A stretch of DNA of 32,049 nt from a virus (taxonomy: Duplodnaviria > Caudoviricetes): positions 1-32,049 of IMG/VR virus record IMGVR_UViG_3300042554_000699. The stretch is one strand, 5' to 3'. Shown one piece after another: positions 8,422 to 16,564 of this stretch; position 1 is the stretch's first letter, and each line of letters starts with the position of its first letter. The notes under the pieces are model-generated. The model saw only the letters and a program-made list of their open reading frames with translations, did not search any database and was not told the DNA's origin. A program made the position numbers and the translations under genes.

Positions 8422-9825
8422 CTATTCCTCAACTGACTCGACGGGCGCTCCTGTTTGTGGTTGAGTTTCAGGCTGTTGCTGTTGCAACAACTCATTTGGC
8501 AACAAGGGCTGACGCTGTGGTTCGAGCATGCCCGCTTCGGGTGCTTCCATTGGCGGTAGTCCTGAAATGTCGCGAAGATACTCTTCCAACTTCTCGTCAG
8601 GTGTAAGTGCGCCAGCCGCAGTGAGTTTCTGAATGAAGTCACCGAGTTCTGTAAGTTCGACCTTCGCCACGTCGCCGTATGTCAAGTAAGGCATTTCCTC
8701 AACAGTTATGCCGTTCAATTGAAGTAAGCGTGGAATGGCGTGAGTATTGACCACTTCGGCAACTGACTTCGCGATAGCCTCGACCGCCATTGTCCATAGG
8801 TCAATTTTTGATGTGCCGAGTGAGAATGAACCAACTCGGTCGTGACCAAGCAAGATGAAGTCAGACAAAACTGACATTGCAATGCGCTGGTCGTAGCGAG
8901 AGATAATCTTGTCTGTGTCGAATTGACGTTGACCGCCAGTTGATAGCAATTGAAGGCGGAACATTTCATGTCCGGCGTCGTCAAACTGCAATGGGAAAAC
9001 AACGCCTTCTTGCTCATTGCGCTTAATGCCTTGAACGAGAGCGGTAATGGCGGCGAGAACTGCCTTCTGTGACGCGTTTGCGTTAGAGGCAAGATACTCA
9101 GGTGGAACGTATGCAACAGGCAAACCTGCTAAGTCACGTTCAATACCAACGGCTTCAATTTCCTCAATGCGCTTCTTGAAATACCAAGGGCGGTAGGCGT
9201 TGCGTAGAAGTGAGCGACCTTCTGGGTTGTTCTTTGTAACGTTCGGACGGAATAGAAGTGCTTTCTCGATTGGAATGAACACTTCACCGCGATACGAGGA
9301 AGGGTCAATCTGATAAAGACCTTGAATACCGCCGTTGTCGTCAATGTCCCAACGCCATAAGGTTTCCTGCGCACGAATTGACCATTTACGCCAACCGATT
9401 TTGCCGTCGCTGTATTTAGAACGGCGACTTGCGTCGTCTTGTGTTGGTCCTTGGCGTCGCTTGTAAACAATCTCATGGTATGACCAACCATGAACGAGCA
9501 TGGAAAGGATTTGTTGCAAGGTTTGGTCCCATGAGTCAGACATGTCATTTAGACATTCCTCAATGAACTCGCGGATTTCTTCGTCGATTTCTTCATCTCC
9601 GCCAGCGTCAATGCGCCATTCAAGACGAAGCAAAATCTTTTCAATCGCAAAAAGGATTGAACCGATTACAGGGTCATTCTCCGCCATTTCGCGGTATGTG
9701 CGGTGACCTCGTGAACCTCGAAGTGAGTTGATGTATTCGTCAATGACGAAACCGCCCGAACGACGTAGACCCGTCGTACCGAGTTCGGTCATTTCATCTG
9801 GTTCGCGGAGTGGTTCTTGTGCCAT
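8422..9825 (-). CDS. Phage portal protein (DUF935/Mu gp29-like)
   Basis: 467 aa; NNPEGRSLLRNAY.PW.FK..IEAVGIERDLAGLP motif typical of this portal family; directly upstream of MuF. Confidence 0.88.
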   Translation of the reverse strand: MAQEPLREPDEMTELGTTGLRRSGGFVIDEYINSLRGSRGHRTYREMAENDPVIGSILFAIEKILLRLEWRIDAGGDEEIDEEIREFIEECLNDMSDSWDQTLQQILSMLVHGWSYHEIVYKRRQGPTQDDASRRSKYSDGKIGWRKWSIRAQETLWRWDIDDNGGIQGLYQIDPSSYRGEVFIPIEKALLFRPNVTKNNPEGRSLLRNAYRPWYFKKRIEEIEAVGIERDLAGLPVAYVPPEYLASNANASQKAVLAAITALVQGIKRNEQEGVVFPLQFDDAGHEMFRLQLLSTGGQRQFDTDKIISRYDQRIAMSVLSDFILLGHDRVGSFSLGTSKIDLWTMAVEAIAKSVAEVVNTHAIPRLLQLNGITVEEMPYLTYGDVAKVELTELGDFIQKLTAAGALTPDEKLEEYLRDISGLPPMEAPEAGMLEPQRQPLLPNELLQQQQPETQPQTGAPVESVEE

Positions 9826-9889
9826 GCGTCAACCTTTCCCTGCAATGTGTTCAGCATAGCAGGGGTTGAGTGAAATGTTGCGGAACGAC

Positions 9890-10324
9890 TTAAAAAGGAA
9901 AATCGTCAGTTTTGTTGACCGCCCAAGGGTCGTCATTTGACGATTGAGGTGCTGAACCCGAGTTAGTTGTCTTGGTCGCTTTTACTGAATAGCGGTTTAG
10001 TGAAACGGCAACATGGTCAGCGTTCAATTCAAGTTTGCTTCGCTTTGTTCCGTCTTTCGCTTCCCATTCCTTCATGACGGGTGCGCCAATGATGATGACG
10101 CCCATGCCTTTAGTAAGTGAGTCAGCCGCGTTTTCAGCCGCTTGACGCCACACGTTAACTGTCCAGTAAACCGCGTCTTTGTTTTCCCATGTGCCGTCTG
10201 CGTTCTTAACGCTCTTTGATGTCACAACTTGCAAGGTGCAAACTGCCACGCCCGCAGGAGTGAAACGCAGTTCGGGTTCTTGAGTTAGATTGCCAGCGAT
10301 TGTGAGGGTATTGAAGTCAGCCAT
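9890..10324 (-). CDS. ssb: Single-stranded DNA-binding protein
   Basis: GNLT..PELRFTP.G OB-fold, W..AEN..SL.KG, acidic tail DDPW...DDFPF (actinobacterial type). Confidence 0.96.
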   Translation of the reverse strand: MADFNTLTIAGNLTQEPELRFTPAGVAVCTLQVVTSKSVKNADGTWENKDAVYWTVNVWRQAAENAADSLTKGMGVIIIGAPVMKEWEAKDGTKRSKLELNADHVAVSLNRYSVKATKTTNSGSAPQSSNDDPWAVNKTDDFPF

Positions 10325-10362
10325 TTGTATCTCCTAAGTGTTGTGTTGACCCTACCCGAGTT

Positions 10363-10385
10363 AGTGTAGACGCCAGCACCGACAA
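10363..10385 (-). promoter_or_regulatory. RecA-NDp/PafBC-type promoter upstream of ssb
   Basis: Minus strand TTGTCGGTG-N8-TACACT, an exact match to the mycobacterial consensus tTGTCRgtg-N8-TAnnnT. Confidence 0.7.
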
Positions 10386-10394
10386 TTAAAAGAC

Positions 10395-10781
10395 CTAGGC
10401 GTATGTGTCAGCCATTGACATTGCTGGGATTTGATAACGCCGACGAATGTGTTTGCGCTCTAATCCCGTCGTGCCACCCCAGATGCCTTTGACGTCATGC
10501 GATAGGGCATAGGCAAGGCAGTCGACTTGGAATGGACATTGCTTGCAGAATTGCTTGACACGACGCGGTTCAACAACGCCTTGCATGTTCGGTTCAGGAA
10601 AGAAAATCTCAGGGTCGATTTGAGCGCATACCTGCGACCCGTCAAAGTTTGGGTAAGGAACGGTTCCGCGCCTTTTGCTCACGAACGGCAACAAGACATT
10701 CCTGACAAGCGCGCTCGCCATTTCGTCTGTGCTTTTCGTAGCCGTATGGCGTTCCACATTCGTTTCGTTGTTGTGGTTCAA
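10395..10781 (-). CDS. whiB: WhiB family transcriptional regulator (true start probably GTG at 10682)
   Basis: C..DPEIFFP...C..C.....C..YAL...GIWGGTT..ER, the canonical WhiB 4-Cys and GIWGG motif. Confidence 0.93.
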   Translation of the reverse strand: MNHNNETNVERHTATKSTDEMASALVRNVLLPFVSKRRGTVPYPNFDGSQVCAQIDPEIFFPEPNMQGVVEPRRVKQFCKQCPFQVDCLAYALSHDVKGIWGGTTGLERKHIRRRYQIPAMSMADTYA

Positions 10782-11028
10782 GTAAGACCTGCCCTTCTAC
10801 GTTTACTCGTTTGCCGTCTTTCCATAAAAAACCGCCCGCTACGCCGTCATAGAGCGTTGCATAGGGCGAGATGACTTCTATACATTCTCGTCTAACAGAA
10901 CAGGTGTTACACACCGCGAGAGCCTGTTTAACGAGGTAGCGTTCTTGGGTTTCAAAGAGGATTGCGTCGTCTGTGCATTTGGCATTTTCATAAAGGTGGG
11001 CGGCAACTCGGCTCGCCTCATGTGCCAT
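10642..11028 (-). CDS. Divergent WhiB-like protein with a C-terminal Cys/His zinc-finger-like module
   Basis: C...LF...A.AVC..C.VR.EC...GVAGG, followed by CGT..GY.KH.R.GE..C..C. Confidence 0.75.
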   Translation of the reverse strand: MAHEASRVAAHLYENAKCTDDAILFETQERYLVKQALAVCNTCSVRRECIEVISPYATLYDGVAGGFLWKDGKRVNVEGQVLLEPQQRNECGTPYGYEKHRRNGERACQECLVAVREQKARNRSLPKL

Positions 11029-11122
11029 TGCGGGCGTTTAAGGCAATGCACGTCCCGCAGGAATGACCGACGTAAACCCATGCGCCACACTTGCAACGTG
11101 TGACCTTAGAGTCCTCAGCCAT
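11018..11122 (-). CDS. Small zinc-ribbon-like protein (34 aa)
   Basis: My translation MAEDSKVTRCKCGAWVYVGHSCGTCIALNARNGT; CxC...CxxC, AGAGG upstream, overlaps both neighbours. Confidence 0.55.
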   Translation of the reverse strand: MAEDSKVTRCKCGAWVYVGHSCGTCIALNARNGT

Positions 11123-11291
11123 TTAGTGCCTCTTTCTTTCGAGATAATGTTTCAAGTTTGACTGCCATGAGCGCGTCATTCAGTAACTTGTCGGTATCTT
11201 GCAACTGCTGAGGTGATAAGTCAAGCATTTGAGAGCGCACAATTCGCAACGACCGCTCTAAGTCAGCGATTGTTGCTTGTGCGATTACCAT
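11115..11291 (-). CDS. Hypothetical protein (58 aa, helical)
   Basis: My translation MVIAQATIADLERSLRIVRSQMLDL...KEALNG fills the gap between neighbours. Confidence 0.55.
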   Translation of the reverse strand: MVIAQATIADLERSLRIVRSQMLDLSPQQLQDTDKLLNDALMAVKLETLSRKKEALNG

Positions 11292-11300
11292 GCAAGGAGT

Positions 11301-11849
11301 CTAATACCAGTTTCTGCGTTCATGGAAAGAGAGGGCTTGGCAAGGCGAGCCGTAACGACTTTGAATGTAGCCAAGACCCCACGTTATCTGCTTCTCATAG
11401 TCGGCAAGGAACTCAAGTTTCTCTTGCTTTGTATGGTCAGGCATGTTGCGCTGAGGTATCCCATGGTCATTGGTTGGCGAAACAGCGTTTGAACGCCAGT
11501 TTGACTCTTTCGTCCATAAGGTTTGAAGGCATGCAAACTGTGTCTTGCCCCATTGGTATTCTTTGAGTGCAACACGTTGAGCGAACACTTGCGCCTCGCC
11601 TTGTGGGATTGTTGTCTTTGCGGCTTCTTCAAGAAGTGCTTGTTTCTTGTCACGTTCGATTTGAGCGCGTTCTGCCTGTTGTGCTTTCACGACTGCCTCA
11701 ACCATTGCTTGGCAAGACCCGTAGCCACTTCCCGTCCAGCAGATGTCAGCAGTTGCTTTTGATACGCCGAGGAAGGTAGCGACGAATAGGACACCGACAC
11801 CAATGCGTCGGATTACATACTTTGGTTCATTGTTTATTTTGAGAGCCAT
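11301..11849 (-). CDS. Membrane-anchored or secreted lytic transglycosylase-like protein
   Basis: N-terminal hydrophobic segment, coiled linker, CL..LW..ESNW...GIPQ...QI.WGL.YI..RYGSPC.A...WY lysozyme-like domain; GAAAGGAG RBS before MALK. Confidence 0.85.
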   Translation of the reverse strand: MALKINNEPKYVIRRIGVGVLFVATFLGVSKATADICWTGSGYGSCQAMVEAVVKAQQAERAQIERDKKQALLEEAAKTTIPQGEAQVFAQRVALKEYQWGKTQFACLQTLWTKESNWRSNAVSPTNDHGIPQRNMPDHTKQEKLEFLADYEKQITWGLGYIQSRYGSPCQALSFHERRNWY

Positions 11850-11910
11850 TTTTACTTCTCCTTTCGTGCTTGACTGAATAATTGTCAGCACTTGGGGTTC
11901 GGTTAATCAA

Positions 11911-12138
11911 CTATTTGGGTCGGCGTGTTTCGTGCTTGGCTTTCCACGAAAGAAGGGTGTTTGCCCATTCGTCAAGGTGAACGGCGAAATCTTCCCGTCC
12001 TGCTTTTCGAGCCTCCAGCACCCGAGCCTTGACCGACCTTGCTTCACGTTCAAGTGTAGCGCAGTAAAAGTCGTCAAAGTCAGTCCAGAGGTCAAAAAGT
12101 TCCATTTGAGCGTCAGAATTGTTTTTAGAGTGTCCCAT
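11911..12138 (-). CDS. Hypothetical protein
   Basis: 75-aa ORF in the co-oriented gene string, TAGGA RBS-like sequence. Confidence 0.6.
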   Translation of the reverse strand: MGHSKNNSDAQMELFDLWTDFDDFYCATLEREARSVKARVLEARKAGREDFAVHLDEWANTLLSWKAKHETRRPK

Positions 12139-12143
12139 AAGTC

Positions 12144-12350
12144 CTACTTACGCACCCCGCAGTAACCCCAACCTGACCACCTGTCGGGTCTATCCTCGTC
12201 GCCTTCAATGAACATGCGGTCGATTTTCTCGCCACACGTCAGGCAGGTCGAGGCATAGTGCCATTCGTTGAGTTGTCGCACTTCACCGACTTGGTGAGGC
12301 GTCTTGTCTTTGTTGATGTATCGGTAGAACGCGCTCATGTCGATTGTCAT
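12144..12350 (-). CDS. Hypothetical protein with CxxC
   Basis: ATGA overlap with the upstream stop. Confidence 0.6.
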   Translation of the reverse strand: MTIDMSAFYRYINKDKTPHQVGEVRQLNEWHYASTCLTCGEKIDRMFIEGDEDRPDRWSGWGYCGVRK

Positions 12351-12895
12351 TGGATTGCCAACCAAACTATTGCCATGTGTCCTTGTGGCGTCTTGCGTGT
12401 GCGTCCTGAGTCATAAACCCAGCCGTCATTCATGAGTGAGTTTCGTGCCGCGCAGACACTTGGGATACGCAAACCGACTTCAACCTCTATCTCATGGTCA
12501 CACATACCATACTCCCCTTTAGCGACTATCGCGTCATAGACCATGCGTCGTTGCGTTCCCGTGTTAGGAAGCACCGCATTTGCCGCCGCCCGTGATGTTG
12601 CCTGACTTGCGTGGCTTACTGGGGTCGTATTGCGGTCAACAGAAGGGCGTGAAGGCGGTTCTAAGGCGTCATCTTTGGCGCAGTTGACATGTGTGCGGTA
12701 TCCGTTTTCAACAAGGAAGTTGTCCATGACGTAACCACATTCGGTGCAGAGGTGGCGAGCGCGTTCGAGTGATTGCTCTTGGCGTTGCGACTTACGAGTT
12801 GGGTCTATCGCGCCTCGACAATACGGGCAGAAACGACGTTGGAAGTCGTGTTCACACGTTTCGTCTGAGGTTGGGTCTATGTCGTTTAGAGCCAT
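12347..12895 (-). CDS. Zn-finger plus winged-HTH DNA-binding protein
   Basis: N-terminal CxH/CPYC/CTEC; C-terminal TS..AA...QR..VY..I...G..D.E.......S..A.R..L...GWV.DSG.TR winged-helix pattern common in phages. Confidence 0.65.
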   Translation of the reverse strand: MALNDIDPTSDETCEHDFQRRFCPYCRGAIDPTRKSQRQEQSLERARHLCTECGYVMDNFLVENGYRTHVNCAKDDALEPPSRPSVDRNTTPVSHASQATSRAAANAVLPNTGTQRRMVYDAIVAKGEYGMCDHEIEVEVGLRIPSVCAARNSLMNDGWVYDSGRTRKTPQGHMAIVWLAIQ

Positions 12896-12999
12896 GTCTT
12901 GCCGTCCTTATTCAACTTTTCTTCTAACCACCATAGGATTTTAAGCACTACGACTGACATGAATGAACCGAAGATGATTGCAAGGAGCATTGGCAACAT
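12886..12999 (-). CDS. Small membrane protein (37 aa)
   Basis: MLPMLLAIIFGSFMSVVVLKILWW single TM helix; start overlaps the upstream stop. Confidence 0.5.
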   Translation of the reverse strand: MLPMLLAIIFGSFMSVVVLKILWWLEEKLNKDGKTWL

Positions 13000-13523
13000 T
13001 AGCGACGCCCTTTCTTCTTGCCTCGGCGTGTGAGGAAGCCGTTGACTGTTGCATAGTCGTCGGTTGCGAGTTCGTCGTTCCATTGGTCGGGAATGTCATA
13101 ACCCGCGTCTACGATTGTCTGCTCAACTGAACTGAGTGCCTTGCGACGTCTAGTCGCTGGGTCAATGTCCTCTAGTCCTAACAATGCTGACCACACGTCT
13201 GAATAGACATGAGAGCGGTCGTAACCTTGAACGCGTGACACCTCTGACTTGAAGTTGCCGTAGTCAACGTTCTGCGCTTGATACGCAACGAAGTCGACCC
13301 AATGCTTGCGAGCAACGAACACGCGCCATGGATAGTCGGAATACTCTTTTGTCTTGATAAGGGTCGACGGGATTGTCTTGGCAAACTGTTTCTTGTATCG
13401 CGTCACAATGAAGTTAGCGAGCGCAAGTGCGTCTGAATAGTGACGTGTGCGAACGACGAGTGTGTCGGGTTCGGTGTTGTGCTGAACTGCTGAATAGAAA
13501 CCTGTGGTCGTGGTAAGCCACAT
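12999..13523 (-). CDS. Conserved phage hypothetical protein
   Basis: MW..T..GF.S.V...L.VR.R...DYPWR...VDY.NFK pattern; AAAGGAG RBS. Confidence 0.75.
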   Translation of the reverse strand: MWLTTTTGFYSAVQHNTEPDTLVVRTRHYSDALALANFIVTRYKKQFAKTIPSTLIKTKEYSDYPWRVFVARKHWVDFVAYQAQNVDYGNFKSEVSRVQGYDRSHVYSDVWSALLGLEDIDPATRRRKALSSVEQTIVDAGYDIPDQWNDELATDDYATVNGFLTRRGKKKGRR

Positions 13524-13538
13524 AGATGAACTCCTTTG

Positions 13539-13745
13539 TTAGTTGTTGAGGCACTTCTTGCAAACGATTGGGTGAGCGTCTGCGGGTGACATGTCTGCTT
13601 GGTATTGAATTGGCATAGCAGTCAAGTCAAGAATGGTTGTTGGCTGGCATTTTGCGATTGGTGCGAGCCACACTTGCTGGTGATACTTACCGCCATTTAA
13701 GGTTGGGTAGAACACTTTTGTAGTTCCTAATGTTTTTGTTGTCAT
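13539..13745 (-). CDS. Hypothetical Cys/His protein, probably leaderless
   Basis: ATG at 13745 lies 6 nt after TATACT; H...C...CKKC motif. Confidence 0.6.
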   Translation of the reverse strand: MTTKTLGTTKVFYPTLNGGKYHQQVWLAPIAKCQPTTILDLTAMPIQYQADMSPADAHPIVCKKCLNN

Positions 13746-13751
13746 GCTCAT

Positions 13752-13793
13752 AGTATACAATACCCCCGTTTAGTTTGTCAATTCAGATGAACA
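13752..13793 (-). promoter_or_regulatory. SigA-type promoter with operator-like boxes
   Basis: TTGACA-N18-TATACT; AACGGGGGT in the spacer; TGTTCATCTGAA just upstream of -35. Confidence 0.75.
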
Positions 13794-13931
13794 GGACTTG
13801 CTTGGAAAGTAAGCGCGGAAAATCTTTCGCGCCCATAATGAATAACTGAGCAAAGTCAGATAGACAATGCTTCGCTCGCGCCAAGGGAACTTCTTACTTG
13901 GCTGAACTCGCCACATAACTTCGTTGCTCAT
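13770..13931 (-). CDS. Hypothetical protein (53 aa)
   Basis: My translation MSNEVMWRVQPSKKFPWRERSIVYLTLLSYSLWARKIF...; ATGA overlap with the upstream stop. Confidence 0.45.
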   Translation of the reverse strand: MSNEVMWRVQPSKKFPWRERSIVYLTLLSYSLWARKIFRAYFPSKSCSSELTN

Positions 13932-14146
13932 GCGCCACTCCTTGCTTGTAGGTCGAATAGGAAACTCTCATTGCGTTCATAACTTTCTACTTCTTTGCAT
14001 TGGTGCGCTGGATAGAAAGTGCGGATTGCGCCATACATGTCGCCTTGCCATGTTTGCTCAACTGCTAAATACCATTTGCCTTTCTTTGACATGCGCCAAA
14101 CAAGGTTATGTGTTCCACAACGATTGCAAGTTACTGGTTTTGACAT
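13928..14146 (-). CDS. Hypothetical zinc-binding protein
   Basis: MSKPVTCNRCG...W..SKKGKWYL...H.C; preceded by AACCACGAAGGAG. Confidence 0.7.
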   Translation of the reverse strand: MSKPVTCNRCGTHNLVWRMSKKGKWYLAVEQTWQGDMYGAIRTFYPAHQCKEVESYERNESFLFDLQARSGA

Positions 14147-14154
14147 TTTTGTTA

Positions 14155-14167
14155 CTCCTTCGTGGTT
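14155..14167 (-). repeat. Start-associated extended RBS motif AACCACGAAGGAG
   Basis: Exact copies at 14155, 14947, 16878 and 19125; variants at 11858, 16018 and 28959, each 6-8 nt upstream of a start codon. Confidence 0.85.
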
Positions 14168-14181
14168 GACCTGATACCACA

Positions 14182-14223
14182 ATTTTAAGTAACCCCCGTT
14201 TAGTATGTCAACTCATCTGAACA
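14182..14223 (-). promoter_or_regulatory. SigA-type promoter with operator-like boxes
   Basis: TTGACA-N18-TAAAAT; spacer shares ACTAAACGGGGGT with the 13752 promoter; TGTTCAGATGAG upstream of -35. Confidence 0.75.
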
Positions 14224-14231
14224 AGAAAGTT

Positions 14232-14477
14232 TTATGGCGTGTCATGGCAATTGCAATTGCACGACGGCGGAAACTTGCTTCTCATTTCTTCTTTGAGGCG
14301 TCTGATGTCAAAGTAAGAAAACATTGCTTGGTCGGCTAATTTGAGCAAGGCGTCCGAGTCGTAATCTTCAAGGGTCAACGTTGCGATTTCTTTCAACGCT
14401 TCTTGACGATTGGCAAGGGCGCGGTCGATTGCATCTTTATACTCTTGCTTAGTCAGAAAAAGGTCGTTGCTTTGCAC
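14232..14477 (-). CDS. Hypothetical protein with C-terminal CxCxCH
   Basis: 3' part of the tracked ORF; GTG at 14477 with AGAGG upstream; the 5' part overlaps another gene. Confidence 0.55.
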   Translation of the reverse strand: MQSNDLFLTKQEYKDAIDRALANRQEALKEIATLTLEDYDSDALLKLADQAMFSYFDIRRLKEEMRSKFPPSCNCNCHDTP

Positions 14478-14940
14478 CGATTGCCTCTGCTTCCTCAGGA
14501 CTTGAAACCATGCGCTCGCCTTTGAAACCGAATGGCAAGACGTCTGCCTCTGCAAGAACCCAAAGGTGGTAAGTGTTTGCCTCGTCAACAAGGCTCGACT
14601 CTTTTGGATAGATTTCAATTGCCTCGCGTTCTGCGCCAGCAAGTTCATTCTTAATGCGTTGGAAGTGTCGCCAATCGCGGATTGCCTTGCGGTCATTGTG
14701 TCGAATAGACAACCACATTGCTTGGGTTCTATCGCGCCCTAGAAGGCGGAGATGAACGGTGTAGAGCGAGTTCTGATACATAAACGCCCGCCCTTCGTCA
14801 TAATCCTTTCTAAGCGCGTCATAACCTTCGGGGTCTGTTTCACGCGCAACGGGATTAGGTTTTGCTTGAACATGAATGAAAGGCGTCCATGGTTGTGAAC
14901 GTGACGGGTCGCCTTTTGATGTTTTGCGTTTTTTACTCAC
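14449..14940 (-). CDS. Conserved phage protein (DUF7694-like)
   Basis: LSI......RDW..FQ.IKNEL.G.E.EA.E.YP.ES.LVD.AN.YHLW motif; start-associated motif upstream of GTG. Confidence 0.75.
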   Translation of the reverse strand: MSKKRKTSKGDPSRSQPWTPFIHVQAKPNPVARETDPEGYDALRKDYDEGRAFMYQNSLYTVHLRLLGRDRTQAMWLSIRHNDRKAIRDWRHFQRIKNELAGAEREAIEIYPKESSLVDEANTYHLWVLAEADVLPFGFKGERMVSSPEEAEAIGAKQRPFSD

Positions 14941-14974
14941 TTGCTTCTCCTTCGTGGTTGTAGGATTGTTGTTT

Positions 14975-15016
14975 GCGGGGCTGGTTCGTGTAAGGGGAAG
15001 ACATGACCAGCCCCGC
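14975..15016 (-). other. GC-rich hairpin with a pyrimidine-rich loop between DUF932 and the next gene
   Basis: 11-bp perfect inverted repeat GCGGGGCTGGT/ACCAGCCCCGC; loop includes CTTCCCCTT on the transcribed strand; no U-tract. Confidence 0.65.
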
Positions 15017-15024
15017 GCTAACAT

Positions 15025-16011
15025 TTATAGTGCGGCGAGGAACTTGTCCTTGAACGCGTTGGTTGTTCCGCTAACAATGCGCTCTGCACGTCGCACGTCA
15101 AGGCTCTCGCCTTTCATTGGACGAACAGGTGCATACCAGTCAGCCCATTCGACTACTGAGTTGTATGCCGCCCAAGCAGTTCCGCGAATGTTGTCCTGCG
15201 TTGGTGCGTCCCATAACTTGATGATGTCGGTGAACTTGTCGTTCCATGCCTCAATCGCTTTCTTGTTTTCTTCCTTGTCCTCAGGCATTGGCATGACTGC
15301 CTTGAGAACGTTGGCGAACTCACCTTTTGACATTTCGGTTTCAATCAAGCGGTTTGCCATAACTGAGAACTCGTCCTGATACTGCAATGTCATACCAAGT
15401 GCCTCACGCGCTTCTTCAACGCGCTTGGTTGCGTTCTTGGTGTGGCGAATTGTGTATTTAGAAACTGACCCCTTCAACGCCGCCGCGACTGTGTTGGCGC
15501 AAACTGGGCGAACTGGGGTGACTGTTGCAATGAGCGGTGAAGAGCCGTCGTGTGAGTTGACCACCATGATGTAGAGGTCAACGTTGTCCTTGCCACCTGC
15601 AACCTTGATAGTTTCAGGCATTTTCATTGACAAGAAAACGCGCTTGCCGTCATTGAGTGAGCCAGCAGTTTCAAAAGTCAACCCACCTTCGTATGAAAGT
15701 GCGTCGCAGAATGTGAACGCCTCGCTGTTTTGAACTGGTTGGTAATAGTTACCAACGACGCCCAAAGGTGAGAAACCGAGTTCCTTGTGAACACGAGTGG
15801 TCGCCCACTTGTCCTTGATTTCAACTGGGTTGCCTTGTGCGTCTGAAACGAAGATTGGTTGCTTTGCAACTTCCCAATCAAGTTTTGCAATTTCAAGTGC
15901 CTCAGTTGCGTTCTTTGCGTCCTCGGTAACTGTGCCGAGTTTGTGCCATGCGATTTCGCGAAATGAATAAAACGCGCCTTCGCCGTTGATTACTTCTAGT
16001 TCGTGAGCCAT
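15025..16011 (-). CDS. DUF932 / TIGR03299 phage-plasmid family protein
   Basis: AWH.LG...A.LDW.V...LGVVG..Y.PVQN.EAF.F...ETAGSL..G..VF...NSHDG......TP.R.VC.NT...RHT...GTAWAAYN.V.EW.D. Confidence 0.92.
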   Translation of the reverse strand: MAHELEVINGEGAFYSFREIAWHKLGTVTEDAKNATEALEIAKLDWEVAKQPIFVSDAQGNPVEIKDKWATTRVHKELGFSPLGVVGNYYQPVQNSEAFTFCDALSYEGGLTFETAGSLNDGKRVFLSMKMPETIKVAGGKDNVDLYIMVVNSHDGSSPLIATVTPVRPVCANTVAAALKGSVSKYTIRHTKNATKRVEEAREALGMTLQYQDEFSVMANRLIETEMSKGEFANVLKAVMPMPEDKEENKKAIEAWNDKFTDIIKLWDAPTQDNIRGTAWAAYNSVVEWADWYAPVRPMKGESLDVRRAERIVSGTTNAFKDKFLAAL

Positions 16012-16045
16012 TGCTGACTCCTTTCTTCGTGGTTATCAGATGACT

Positions 16046-16108
16046 TGTTCATCTGAACTGTGTCAATCATAAGTGCCGACACCGACAAGGTGTCAACTCA
16101 TCTGAACA
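16046..16108 (-). promoter_or_regulatory. Composite promoter of DUF932 (RecA-NDp/PafBC-type plus -35 box and operator-like boxes)
   Basis: TTGTCGGTG-N8-TATGAT (16088-16066), TTGACA at 16096, TGTTCA-NN-TGAAC-like boxes on both sides. Confidence 0.7.
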
Positions 16109-16109
16109 A

Positions 16110-16421
16110 CTATTTCTTTGCGTTGTCGACGATTTTTTGCGCGTCTGTCAATTGGTTAAAGTGCTGGTCAAGAACGTCGAAGATAACTTCGAGCGGTTCC
16201 TCAGTTCCTTTAACTGGTATCAAACCTTGAACTCGGTGGTGCAGAGGTCGCGACGTGTCGTCCATGTTGTGTCCGTAAAGCAAAATGGACAGAACGCAAA
16301 CTTTCTTATCGTCAACCATGCCCTTTACCAACTCATAATTGAGTTGGCGGTTCAGTTGCTCGTCACGTCCAGCCTTCGCTAGTAGTAACAGGTCATGTGT
16401 TGTGCAAACTTTTGTAGTCAT
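16110..16421 (-). CDS. Hypothetical protein
   Basis: 103-aa ORF, GAGGGGGTG RBS. Confidence 0.7.
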   Translation of the reverse strand: MTTKVCTTHDLLLLAKAGRDEQLNRQLNYELVKGMVDDKKVCVLSILLYGHNMDDTSRPLHHRVQGLIPVKGTEEPLEVIFDVLDQHFNQLTDAQKIVDNAKK

Positions 16422-16564
16422 TTAATCACCCCCTCTCGTTTCACAATAATTTCAACGCACTCGGCGCAACAGATAATGCCTTGAGCGTTTTCTTCAAGGT
16501 CAAGAATGTCGACCGAGGCTGTTTTCTTACCGCATGCGCTTTTAAGGTCAACGAATGTAGACAT
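16418..16564 (-). CDS. Small hypothetical protein (48 aa)
   Basis: My translation MSTFVDLKSACGKKTASVDILDLEENAQGIICCAECVEIIVKREGVIK; overlaps both neighbours at start/stop. Confidence 0.55.
   Translation of the reverse strand: MSTFVDLKSACGKKTASVDILDLEENAQGIICCAECVEIIVKREGVIK

Noticed and set aside
8715-9548. Alternative-frame minus-strand ORFs within portal (similar ones in MuF and terL)
   Set aside because: Fully nested in conserved genes, with atypical S/R/T-rich composition
13752-16110. Repeated TGTCAA.TCA..TGAACA segments as a possible CRISPR or mini-array
   Set aside because: Copies are dispersed hundreds of bases apart at gene starts and contain -35/-10 boxes; no regular spacers and no cas genes
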